From Gracilinanus agilis (Eukaryota), in the NCBI RefSeq assembly GCF_016433145.1, contig NC_058130.1:21740670-21804669 (forward strand): a stretch of 64,000 nucleotides of DNA, in the 5' to 3' direction. The translations under genes were made by a program, and so were the position numbers. How positions within the stretch are numbered: the stretch's first letter is position 1; every line of letters begins with the position of its first letter. This document shows positions 36,306 to 48,390 of the stretch, piece by piece. Under the pieces are notes generated by a model. The model was not told the DNA's origin. It saw only the letters and a program-made list of their open reading frames with translations, and searched no databases.

Positions 36306-38464
36306 AAAAAGATGATGTTATGGAAGAACATTCTAACACACATCTTTCTGGAAGCCAATGCTTCATTATTACTCACTATTCTGCTCTAGGTTCCAGCCAA
36401 ACTGACTCACAGGCTATTCTGGGAATTCTTCACCCATTTCCTGCTTCCAGGCCTTTGTACTCTTTCAATCTCAACCTTCTGCTGTCCCTTGATTCCTGCG
36501 GAGCTTTGGCTCATGGCCCCTGGTCTACAGGAAGCCTTTCCAAAGCCTGCAGTGCCCTCTCCCTCTCCCTCAAATTACATTTTATATATATATATAGTTA
36601 TATTTATTAATATACTAACTAATTAATATATTAACATATAAACACACACAGACACACATTATCAAACCACATCTATAATTTTACATGCATGTATCTATAC
36701 ACACATGTAGATAACAGGTTATAGTTATACCTGTGTATACATACATTTGTTTATGGCTTTTATCTCTCCAATGGCATGATATCTCTTTGAAGGCAGAATA
36801 AAAAAAAAAAAGGGTTTTTTCCCCTTTGTTTCCTGCAGCTACTTACACCTAACAGGTAGGGAATAAATGGTTGCTGGATTTAACTAGGAAGATGCNNNNN
36901 NNNNNNNNNNNNNNNNNNNNNNNNNNNNNNNNNNNNNNNNNNNNNNNNNNNNNNNNNNNNNNNNNNNNNNNNNNNNNNNNNNNNNNNNNNNNNNNNNNNN
37001 NNNNNNNNNNNNNNNNNNNNNNNNNNNNNNNNNNNNNNNNNNNNNNNNNNNNNNNNNNNNNNNNNNNNNNNNNNNNNNNNNNNNCTGTAGCTGTTTCCAG
37101 GTTCTACTTCTCCAATAGACAGTGCCATTCCTGAGGGTAGGTGCCCATTTTTGCTTGATTTTTGTATTCCTCCCTTAAATCAAAGGTTTAGATCAGGTTG
37201 AGGATGAGACTGGAATTAGATCTCTGTAGGTCTGATTTCTTGTTTAAGATATGGCTTGGACTAGAAAGACACTGAGGTCCTTTTCAACACTGAAATTTTG
37301 TGAAAATACCTACAGAAGCAAATCTATTTCTCACCAGGGACTGCTGTCAGTTTGGATGAACACAGAGGGCTTTATAACAAATTTCCCAAGATCCAGTAAG
37401 AAGATGGTTTCCAGACTATTTAGAGCTTTATGCATTTAGAGCTGTAAAGGACCTTAGGGGTTGTACAGTACAACCCTCCACATGGGCCCTTTTATAGAAC
37501 CCCAGGCCACAGAGGTGAAGTGACTTGCCCAGGGTCACTCTGGGGAATGAGTGGAAGAACTGGTCCTCTAACTCTCCAGATTTTTTCTACCTTGTCATGC
37601 ACGTTGCCTGTGTTCTCCATGAGCATTCAAATAAACTAGAAGACTGAGGCATAATTACAAAACTGAGTGGTAATCATTTTGATGATTAAATGGGTAGGAA
37701 TAACTCTGCAAATGACAGGGGAAAAAAAAGATCCATTCTGAAGTAATTCTACAGTTGTATATTTTAAGGATCCAGGCACTGATGTTAATTTTTGGCAAGC
37801 CACCCGGTGTAAGCCATGTCACATCAGCAACTGAAAACTTCAATGATTTTTCTAACTTTAAATATAGCTTATTACCTTACAGCTAGAATAAAAAGAAAAT
37901 GACATCCAAACTTTTTATTTTTTAAAGAGCAATGTGACTCTTATGTAGTTACAGGGAAAAGAAAGGGCAGGCTGGGCTTAACAGAAAGCTTTAATTTAAT
38001 GTATGGGTTTGGAGAAAGAAGCAAGGATAGCAATTTCACCATCAACTCTGACAAACTATGAAAACACCCAACTTATGGACCGATTTGATTGTGTTTTCTA
38101 TATGCACTGTCCCCTCCCCACATTCAGTAATAAAATAAAAGCATTATGATAAAAAGAAAGGTGCTGCTATCTGAATGACAATTTAATCTTACCCAACATT
38201 GGCTTGGAGGCAAGACAATAAAGCTTTGGAGAAAGAAGACAAGATCTTGAGTTGGGCTGATGTTATTTCTCAGCTGTTGCATGATGTGATGCTAATTGTA
38301 ATGTTTCAGATAATGAAAAATATTGTGATTTTGGGATACTGTTGAATGTTGAGCAAATTTTTTTTTTGCTAGAAATGATGATAAAGTATTATTTGAGCCT
38401 ATTGAGAGAATGAGAATTGGTAGAATAAAACTTCAGATTTTTATTATAGATGAAATCCCTCTAA

Positions 38465-38670
38465 AGTAGGCAGCACTTGACCTGGGATCTGGGAATTTGT
38501 TTTTTTAAAAAAAAAAATTCTGAAAACATGATAGATAGATTTCAACATGATTGCTTTCCTTTGTAATCCTATCTATTTTATTATGTACATTTAAAAAAAA
38601 AAGATGATCTGGAGAAAGGGTCAACAGGCTTTTCAAGACTTTAGAAAGAATTCATGACATAAGAATGGCT
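38465..38670. mobile_element. Old hAT-Charlie MITE (Charlie4-like)
   Basis: tttcaacatgattgctttcctttgtaatcctatctattt...gagaaagggtcaacaggctt; related to 58228-58420. Confidence 0.55.
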
Positions 38671-39351
38671 CAGGATCATGCTCTAATGAATAAGCTGGGA
38701 AGAGTGTTAACTCTGCCAGGTCACAAATCACCATGGCCACCAGTACCACAGGCTTCCTCCTCCTCGTCTTCCTTAAATCTCATTGCTGCTTCATTGAGTT
38801 TTTTGTGGCCACTGTGGGGCTTGCTGGTGGAGTATGCTCCACAGGAAGTTTACACTCTAAAAGATATCAGCACAGAGCAATATGCAAATTTATGAAAACA
38901 CACTTAAGGGAAACTGAGAGATGCTGCATCAAAAGGGCAGATCAATGAATTAAAAATCTAGAATACTTTCCCAATATGTAATATTATGTATTTCTTGTCT
39001 ATCACTTAACTATAATTTTTAACTGAAGTACTTACTGAGCTAAGTGTAGAAAATAATAATGATACCACTACTGTTATTACTGCCGCTGCTACTACCAATA
39101 CTGGTAGTACTATTAATAATGTAGTTTTTGGATTTCCATGCATTTTAATGCTTCTTATCATGTGCTCTCACCACAACTCTATGAAGGAGGAAGGCAGGGG
39201 GCTACTTTATAAGTGAGGAAACTGGGACAGTAAAAAGATTTGCCTAAATGGTTAATGAATGGCAAAAATCAAAACTCTGAACCCTTTTCTCTGCTGGTTC
39301 ACCATGAAGGGAGAGACAATTACAGTCATTCAGGCAAAAAGGCACTTATCA

Positions 39352-39552
39352 GGGGGCAGCTGGGTAGCTCAGTGGATTGAGAGTCAGGCCTAGAGACGGG
39401 AGGTCCTAGGTTCAAATCTGACCTCAGACACTTCCCAGCTGTGTGACCCTGGGCAAGTCACTTGACCCCCATTGCCTACCCTTACCACTCTTCTGCCTAG
39501 GAGCCAATACACAGTATTGACTCCAAGACTGAAGGTAAGGGTTTTAAAAAAT
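39352..39552 (+). mobile_element. Full-length SINE1_Mdo
   Basis: Perfect 16-bp TSD aaaggcacttatcagg at 39338-39353 and 39553-39568. Confidence 0.93.
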
Positions 39553-40589
39553 AAAGGCACTTATCAGGCACCCATTCTGGGCGTGTTCTGAGGTAACAAA
39601 GTTAAAATGAAAGCTTCTGTCCCTGTTACTCCAGGCCTAGGGAGCTGGGTTGGGTGTGGAGGCAAATGCCATTGAAGAGGGCCGTGAAGGTAGAGAAGGC
39701 TTTGATAGTAGGGATGAGCAGGGAGGGCACTCTAGGCTTGGAAGATGGTTTCGAAAGGGTAGGATGAGAGGCCAGGTCAAAGTCAGGCCCAGCATCCATC
39801 CAGTTGGGCTGGAAAATGGGTTGTAGGAAGAGCTTGAAGAGAATGAAATAATGCTCAAGAGGTAGCCTGAAGCCAGCCTACGAGGGTTTGTTTTCTATAA
39901 GAGGGAATATGGAGTCACAGGCTTTGCAATAAGGTACCATGGAGACTCTGGCTTTCATTGATGGCAGGGATGGAAAGCAGACTTTCAGAGGCTGGGGAGC
40001 AGGTGGTTTCTTTCCCCTTTTCCCAGCTACTCAAAAATTTACTGAACTGAATGAGGGTTGACTATATAATTCCAAGACAATGGAAGCAGTTTCATGTGTA
40101 TGAGCCACTTTCAGGTGCTTAAAACAAATTTATTATAAAAAAAAACCCAGAGAAACCTAGGCTACTGGGAACTGGCAGGAATCATCTACCTTACTGAACA
40201 AGCAAGGTCTATACTTGACCGAATGCCTTGTTGACCACACAAAGTGCCCTGCAGGTCCCCGCCATTGTTGTTACACAGGCTTGAGGACAAGGAGGTCAGG
40301 GTTTCCCAGCTCTAAGAGGGGAAATACCAAACATGGACTAGTTTGTGGAGAAAAATCAAACCTCCAGTTCTAATTAGAATGCTGTAATGAGGGTGTCTGT
40401 GTAATAGTATATCCCAGGCAAAGTCCCCTTGGTTCATGGGAATTGTAGCTGGGATAGCTGAGGGCAATAAGGGTCCTGAGGTGAAGAAGGCCCCTCTAAT
40501 TTCCATCTCCTGGATGTTGATGGGAGGAGAAAGACAGAGTACCTGTGATGTAAAAATAAGAAGGGGGCAGGCAAGTTTCTGAAATAATA

Positions 40590-42550
40590 ATGATAATAAC
40601 TAGCATTTATACAGCACTTTAAGGCTTATAAATATTTTACTTTTATCTTCACAACAGCCCTGAGAGGAAAAGTGCTATTATTATCCCCATTTTTCAGCTG
40701 AGGAAACTGAGGCAGGCTGATGTTAAATCACACAGCTAGTAAATTATCTGAACTCACATTTTTCTGACTCAATTTTCAACTGCTTTTGTAAACATTTTTC
40801 TATTCCTTAATCTTAGGAGATATAGCACTTTGGAAGACCATAGCACCAACTCACTAAATCAGATGTCAAACTGCTAGTTCAAGCTCAATGCCGATCAGTC
40901 CTTGCTCTCCCCAACCCCTTTAGCATAAACTACAAGTGCAAATTGTGGCATCTGAAGCCCACCCTTCCTAATTATCTGTGCCATTTCTCTCTCTGGATCC
41001 ACTTCACCTAACTCCACTTCTTAAGTGTTCAGATTGACTGCTGTTCCTTGTATGTGGTAATACCTCAGCCTTCTCCTCGCCTCTGCCCAGGCTGTGTGTC
41101 TGTTCCCTCTGCCTAGAGAGCTTCTTCACCTCTATCTCACAGCATTCTTCAGCCTGCTTCAAAGCAAAACTGAGGTTCCTTCTATACCTAGAGCTATGAT
41201 GTTATGAAATTTAAAAAATAATTTTCCCTAACGAGGATAACAAAATATTACTCAGGACACCAATGATAACTCATCAGCTGAAAACAAAGAAAATTCGTCT
41301 TCAATTTCTGACTGTAAGTTTGACAAAAAGTAGGATAAATCAGCCATGTTGGTATGTGAGATTCAGCAGAAAGAAACAGGTGGATAATTTGATTTTAATT
41401 GGATAGCACCCTGAAGATAATTTGGTTCCCACTTCAAATTCTAACACTGCTTTCTTTATTAAGTGGCTGCTACCTGAAAAGTATCATGCCAAGTGCTAGG
41501 TTTACAGAGATGATGACAAAGACCAGGTCAGTTATGGAGGAGCATGGAGAACTGTCCTTGGTCTGCTTTTGGTCAAAATGTTGACTAACATCCTTTGTCT
41601 TTCTATCCCAATGGTTCTCTTCCCCCTCCTCCCCACATACCTCTCCCAGACCCAGAAAAGCCAACCAAGATTCTCAATTCCATGTTCTTATCTGACAATA
41701 TAAAAGCACCCTCTCGTCTTTCTACCGGGAAGCTCATAAAGATAATCGCACACTTGGGGGACATGTAGCTTTCAGAAAGAGCTAGGAAGGGCTACTTTAT
41801 GGTGCTGCAGAGGTCAGAATAAGGGAATGGATGTTTGGTTTTGGCCAGACAATGTCTAAAGTATTGTTTGGTTATACACACCACATTTTAGGATAAATAT
41901 TGACAAAATAGAGAGAGTTCAACCGAGGGTGAGCGGACTAAATGTCATGCCATATTAAAAACGATTGAAGGGGAACTAGCATTATTTGTAAAAGAGAAGA
42001 AAAGACTTAGGGGGATAAGTCAGTCAGCTATATTTAAGGACTTAGTATTTGAAGGGCCACCACACAGAAGAACGAAATCTATCCTGCTTGATCATAAAGG
42101 GGAAAATGAGGAACAAAGTGGGTAGAAGTCAAAGAGGTCCACTGAATCCTGAAGTCATTTCTAGAATTAGAATCAAGTCAAAAAGAATTAAGTGCCCATT
42201 AGTATCAGGCTAAATGCTGGGGATACTCAAAGAGACAAAAAACAATCCCTCTTCAGACCTGGAGTTTAGGAAGGACAGTTTGACAGCTGAGTGGAGGATG
42301 GACTGGAGAGTGAAGGAACTAAGACAACTGCAATGGACTGGATCTCCAGCGATGAAGGCCGGCACCAGGGTACTAGCCCTGAGAGGAGAGAAGGGACATT
42401 TTAAAGAGATGTTGCAAAAAGTAGAACTGGTGGGCCTTGGCACCAGATTGGGTATAGAGGAATGAATATGAAGAGAAGTTGATGCCTGGGTTCAGAGCCT
42501 AGACAGTCACAGCAAAGATGGGAAGGGAGAGAGGATTGGGGTGGAAATTA
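40590..42550. mobile_element. MIR, L2 and CR1/L3 ORF2 remnants
   Basis: MIR ~40590-40760, L2 ~40900-41170 and ~42170-42550, L3 ~41860-42120 (ccacattttaggataaatattgacaaaatagagagagttc). Confidence 0.55.
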
Positions 42551-45500
42551 GAACTGCCCCAAAGTATATCCAGCTGCCTTGGGAGGGAGTATGTTCTCCT
42601 TTATGGCGGGCGGGAGGGGTTTCAAGTAGAGTATGCGAGAAGACTTGTTAGCCATTTGTTCAGGTTTGATTGGATTTGATGTTACCTGCAGGCCTTTCTA
42701 ATCAAGGCTGATGCTCTGTGACCTTTCTTACACCTCCATCTTCAAGGCTTTTTTATTCCCAAAGATCTGTATAGGAATGTACTGAGGGAGATTGGCTCTT
42801 GGGCTAAATCTCCCCTAGTGGTAAACCATTCCTGTCTGGAACATACGTATGATTACGTGAGGGAGCAATCTGGGGGCTCGATGAGTTCCAATGGATTCCA
42901 TTCACTTACTTGTGCCCAGAGTCTATCTAAGCACTTAGGGGAGGGCAATCTTTTATTTGTAGAGAAGGTTCATCGTATCTTATTCTGTAAAATTATCAGA
43001 GCTGAGTGAGAGGATGAGTCAATACAAAATGACCTAAACCTCATATTAAAATTTTTATATGAACTCGGGAGATAATTAGATTGTTTACATGCAACAGAAA
43101 TTTTATTTTGGACACTTGGCAATGCTCTAAGTGTTAGTGTCACTTTATGCAATTGAGACTGTTTTATCCAAATTGCAATTTTTAATGTATATGAAAAATA
43201 CAACCGGTTTTGCTCTGATGCCTATTAGTAAAACAATACCAACCCCTTCTCCCCCCCACGCCAAGGTTTTAAATATAACTGTAAGTTCATCTTATTTCTA
43301 TCCTACAAATATAGATAGACTGTCGGATGCTAATGAGAATCCAGAATTATCTAACCTGCCACTCTTCCTATTATATAAAGCAGTCGTTTCATTCTCAAAT
43401 AGTCCATGTATTCTAATGACGCCAATTCAAGTATATGAACCATTCTTATAAATATGGCAATATTTCCAAATACAAAAAGTATGCTGGAAATGTGAAGATA
43501 ATTCAACAGCATTTATAGAGGATTGCTACCGAGAAAACGTTTGGGTTTTATGTAAATCCAAAATGGAAGGTCACAATTTCTGTAGGGAAAAAAATTTAAT
43601 TATCTGAAGAAGAAGATGTGACATTATTATGCAAAACCCATGAATTAAAAACCTGTATTTTCAGGGCTGGTGGTAGAAAAGATCCTGATAATAAAGCTTT
43701 CTCAAGATTTCTGTAAGGTCATTGTTTCTGGTATTTCAGATAGTGCTGTTTACTGGGCGGAAAGCTAAGTATTTTAAGAAAATATCAAAATTATTTTAAG
43801 GTCAAACTGGCAATATGTTGATTATTAAAAAATGCAAGGCAAGTGCTTTATNNNNNNNNNNNNNNNNNNNNNNNNNNNNNNNNNNNNNNNNNNNNNNNNN
43901 NNNNNNNNNNNNNNNNNNNNNNNNNNNNNNNNNNNNNNNNNNNNNNNNNNNNNNNNNNNNNNNNNNNNNNNNNNNNNNNNNNNNNNNNNNNNNNNNNNNN
44001 NNNNNNNNNNNNNNNNNNNNNNNNNNNNNNNNNNNNNNNNNNNNNNNNNNNNNNNNNNNNNNNNNNNNNNNNTTTGCCAGCATTGAGATTTGGAAAATCA
44101 CAAGCAAATTTACAGAATGTCACTCGGGTTCTTGCTTGTTCCCATTTCTTTCATTATTCCAGCAATAAAAAAAAAACAAAAAAAACACCAAAACTCCCCC
44201 TCCCCCGGACTTCTAATGTAAATTAATTGTACGTTGCGAAGTGAGGCAATTTCAGGTTTTAGCAAGCCTCGTTAAAGAGGTCGGAAAAAGGGCAATGATA
44301 AAATATGGAGAGAATACGCCAGTCCTGGAGTCCAAACACTAAACATAATAGAATTTTCTGCCAACGTTAGTGGCTAATGAATAGATTTTTCTCAGCCTCT
44401 AGCAGTGAAGAAGAAGATATCATTTCATTAGGCTGTATAAAGATGAATTGCACTAAAAAGGGGTAAGATAAGATTTCAGTTGGCAGACAATTCTTTTCTA
44501 ATGATAGCTGGGCGGTAATTTTCTTTTAGGCTCGACCTTCTTTTCATCATGGGGTTGACGAGACGCCCAGATTGTAGGTTTTTGTGGCTCACTACTGAGA
44601 TGGCACAAATGGTGCCAATTGAAAAAAAAGCCTGAAAATGTTTTATAACCTAATTTAACCGAAAATATTAAGCCCTTCCCTACCTTAATTGCTTTGATTC
44701 ATTTGTTTATAAGTCTATTAGTCTGGCAAATAAATAGCACGAAGGACTTGGAGAAAGGCAGTGTGCTATCCTGCAAAATTCCAGCTAATTCACATTTAAT
44801 CTCCGTCAAATAAGAGATAATGAAGCTTATCAGTTATACGCCATCATAGGGCTTTATTCTTCTTCTGGCCCAAATGCTCATGTACTTAGAAGAGTATCAA
44901 TTAGCTTGCTGGTGTTTTCTTTTTTAAACCTCAAACTTGTCAAAGGCAATGAGGCCATTTATTTTTGGAATTCTGCTTTCACCAAGTGTCTGAAGTTAAT
45001 TTCTAACTCCTCTTGTCTCAGCACCATTTATTTCCTTTACACATGCAATGTCTAACAACCTTCTGTTGGCTTCAGCTACAGATTCTAGCAGGTTTGTTTC
45101 AATCGATGGCTGGGAAGAATCACCAGAACAATAACTTTATTGTCAATACCATTAAAGCTGTTAAACGTTGTTTGCCTTCTTTAATTGGAAATGGGTAACT
45201 AGATTTATGACTCTCAGAAGATTCAGGTTAGCCTGTTCTGCTTAAAAATGGTTACAATGATTCTCTATCATCTCTAAAATAAAAATAAAACAAAACAAAA
45301 CGCCACAGAACAGTTGCTCGGCCCTTAAGACTCTTCAGCATCTTGCTCGGACCCGCCTCTCCAGTTTGATGTTGGAGGCCTTCCTATTCCTTCTTCCACT
45401 GCAGTGTTATGAGAAGGCTGTTTGGGTTCCTGGTAGGCGCTTGTCAAAATGGCGCCCTGCCCCTCCGATGCACCGCAGCCCCGGCTTCTTCCGAGAACAG

Positions 45501-46759
45501 CTCAGCCACGTCTCCTCCCTGCATCGGCCTTTCCTGATCCGCCTCTCGGAGGAAGCTCACTGGCATTTCTCTGCATTTGGCGACTTGTGTGTATACAGAT
45601 TGTGTCTGCCCAGCAGAATAGAATTCTGTCTCCCGCGCAGGACCGCTTCTTCTTGGCCTCGGTATCTCTGGTGCCCACCACGGAGCTTTGCTTCGCACGC
45701 AGTAGGTCTTTAACGTTTGTTGAAATGCATTGAAAAATGATGTTTTAAAAAACTAGTCCCTGGGCAGAGAGAAATGTTTGGTCCGACTTAAAGGGCGGCT
45801 CATCAGGTAGCAGGAGCGAGGGAGGACCCCAGGCGGCCTCCACAGCCGCTGCTCTCTAGAGGAAGAGGGCCCACGGGAAGGCGCAGACGAGACTCCCCCA
45901 GAAGGGGAGGGCCCGGGGGGGCCACCGTCGGCATCGCTGAAGGAGTCCCCGCACCGGAGACATCACAGATCCATCAGAGGGACCGGCTATGCTAACGACC
46001 AACATATTCATCCTAACGAGTCGTTAACCTTTTTGTAGCCAGGATTTAGATAATGTTTAAAGGTCTGCGAGACACTTGTAGAGAATGTCTCCTTTTATCT
46101 CTGCCACAACCTTGGGAGGGAGGTGTTGGCATCTCCCCCTTTCAGAGGAGGAAACTGGCATAGAAGGGGAGTGACTTGCCCAGGGTCATACGGTAAGTGT
46201 CAGAGTCTGGGAGCCTCGTCCTGGGCATTCTTCTGCCTTGGAACAGTCCTTAGTGTGGATTATACGCAGAAGGGTTAAAAAAAAGAATAAACAAGATTGG
46301 CCAGGCTGCCCAACAGGACTCTGGGTTTAAGACAAGGCCGTGTAAACAAAACCCTGGCTGTGGATCCCATTAGAGTAACTGCTGGGACCCAGAGAGAGCA
46401 GAAGGCCAGATGGGGCTTGCGGGGGACCAGAGAGACGAGCAGCGACCCCTGAACCAGCAGAATGAAACCCTTTCAGGAAAAAGACAAGTTCTTCAGAGTT
46501 TCCAAATAAAGTCAAAGCCATAAGCCCGGCCCCTTTCAGAAAAGGGATTTCCCAAGAATCACGAGTAACTTTTCTGAGCCTTGAAAAGGCCTGAAATGAG
46601 ACTGGCATTAACATCTGGAGCACTGGCAGAGCCCTGTGTTATTCTAAGGCCAGGCTTCTCCATCAGGCTGAAGATGGTCTTGTGGAAGGGAAATGATAGG
46701 CGTGGTATTTCCTACCTAATGCGTACGTACAGAAGTAAAGATTAAAAAATAGGCTTCTA

Positions 46760-47110
46760 GGGCAGATAGGACAAAGTGGCTCAATGACTACAGAACCAGG
46801 CCTATAAATAAGAGGAACTGGGTTCAAGTCTGGACTCAGATACTTCTTAGCTTTGTGACCCTGGGCAAGTCACTTAATTCCAACTGCCCAGCCCTTACTG
46901 CTCTTCTACCTTGGAACTGTAATGATAATTGTAATGTAGGAGTAATTAGGGTTCCATGGCAAATCTTAAAGTATCTCGAGAAATCTCAAATCCCTTCTAT
47001 AAACCTTACATCTGACTACACTCTATTCTTAACTAAGCTAATTATTCCTACATTACAATTATCATTATAGAACCAATACTTAGTATCAATTCTAAGACAG
47101 AAGGTTTAAA
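46760..47110 (+). mobile_element. Older SINE1-type SINE split by a 152-bp insertion
   Basis: The SINE 3' hairpin ccttggaac|caatacttagtatcaattctaagacagaagg is interrupted at gaac. Confidence 0.85.
46918..47069. mobile_element. 152-bp foldback element with 32-bp TIRs and a 4-bp TSD (GAAC)
   Basis: Left TIR tgtaatgataattgtaatgtaggagtaattag; right TIR reverse complement tataatgataattgtaatgtaggaataattag (30/32). gaac at 46914-46917 and 47070-47073. Confidence 0.9.
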
Positions 47111-47879
47111 AATGTTTCATAGCTTTATATTCATCCTCAAGAAGAAAATAACTTTTTTTCCCAGGGGGTGGCTGGTGGTTCTGTCCCAGCTCTGCAGGCT
47201 TTAACTGCAGCCAGTCCCCACAGCATCCTCTTGTCGGCAGGTAGGCATGTCTTGATTTGAATCACGTGGGCAAATGCAACCTCAGAAACAGGCCTCTCCT
47301 ATCCCAGGAAATTCCCTTTCAAGACTGGTGATGCCCCGTGTTGGTGAGTCGAGCTCAATTACATGATAGTTGTTGTGGGAATAAAGGGGGGAAAAGCCAC
47401 TCCATAAAGTCTTCCCCAAATCAGAATCACTTAACTTGAAATCTATGTTTACTGTAATCAAAACTGCACTACTGGGTGCATCTGCAAAGAAGCTTAGCCA
47501 AAAAAATTTCTCACAGGCTCCCAAAAGGTTGAATTCCACCTGACCACTGCAGGGTCCCAACTTCTGGCTTGGGTTCAAGATTTTTGACTTCTCAAGATTT
47601 GATTTAGCACCTGTTCAAATCCAATCAGATCCCATCCCATCCAATCTGATCCAATTTAATCCAAGCAGCACTGGTTGAATACCCAACGGAGGCAAGACCA
47701 CTAGGTCTTGAGGAAACATAACTCTCTGTCCTCAAGGCTTGGGCATTTCGCCTTCTGTGATCCAGACTAGATAACAGAGAACTTAGGGGATACGCTTCTT
47801 AGACAAGTGTCTGCCCTGATGACTTCATGAAAACTTCATACTGGACTGTGCTCTGTAGGAATTAGTATATAATATGTCC

Positions 47880-48390
47880 TCATTAGGCAGGTGGCGTGGT
47901 GGATAGAGTGATTTGGGAAGTCAGGAAGATCTGAGTTAGAATCCTGCCTCACACCTTTGTTAACTTTGCAATCCTGGGCAAGTCACTTTACCTTAATGAG
48001 CCTCAATTTCATTTGTAAAATGGAGGCAACGAGAGCACCTACTTCTCACAGATACGGTGGAAATCAAATAAGAAAATCTATGAAGGGCTTTGTAAACCAT
48101 ACATCACCATGTAAATGCTAGCTATGAATGTGAATACAATTTTGATAGATTAAAAAGAATTAAAATTATAGAATTGATAATGGGGCATGTAGGTTGTAGA
48201 GTAGCTAAAAGTACTGGGCTTAGAGTCAGGAAGATCTCCTGGTCTCAGTCCCTTACTAGCAGTGTGACTTTGAGCAACCCTGTTTGCCTCAGTTTCCTCA
48301 TGGGAAGATGAGCTCAAGGAAGAAATGACAAATCACTCCACAATCTCTGAGAGCTGGATACCACTGAAAAACGACTCAACAACAGTTCTT
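47880..48390 (+). mobile_element. MIR followed by a Mar1-type SINE
   Basis: CORE motifs plus an RTE-derived tail (gaaatgacaaatcactccac...actgaaaaacgactcaacaac). Confidence 0.65.
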
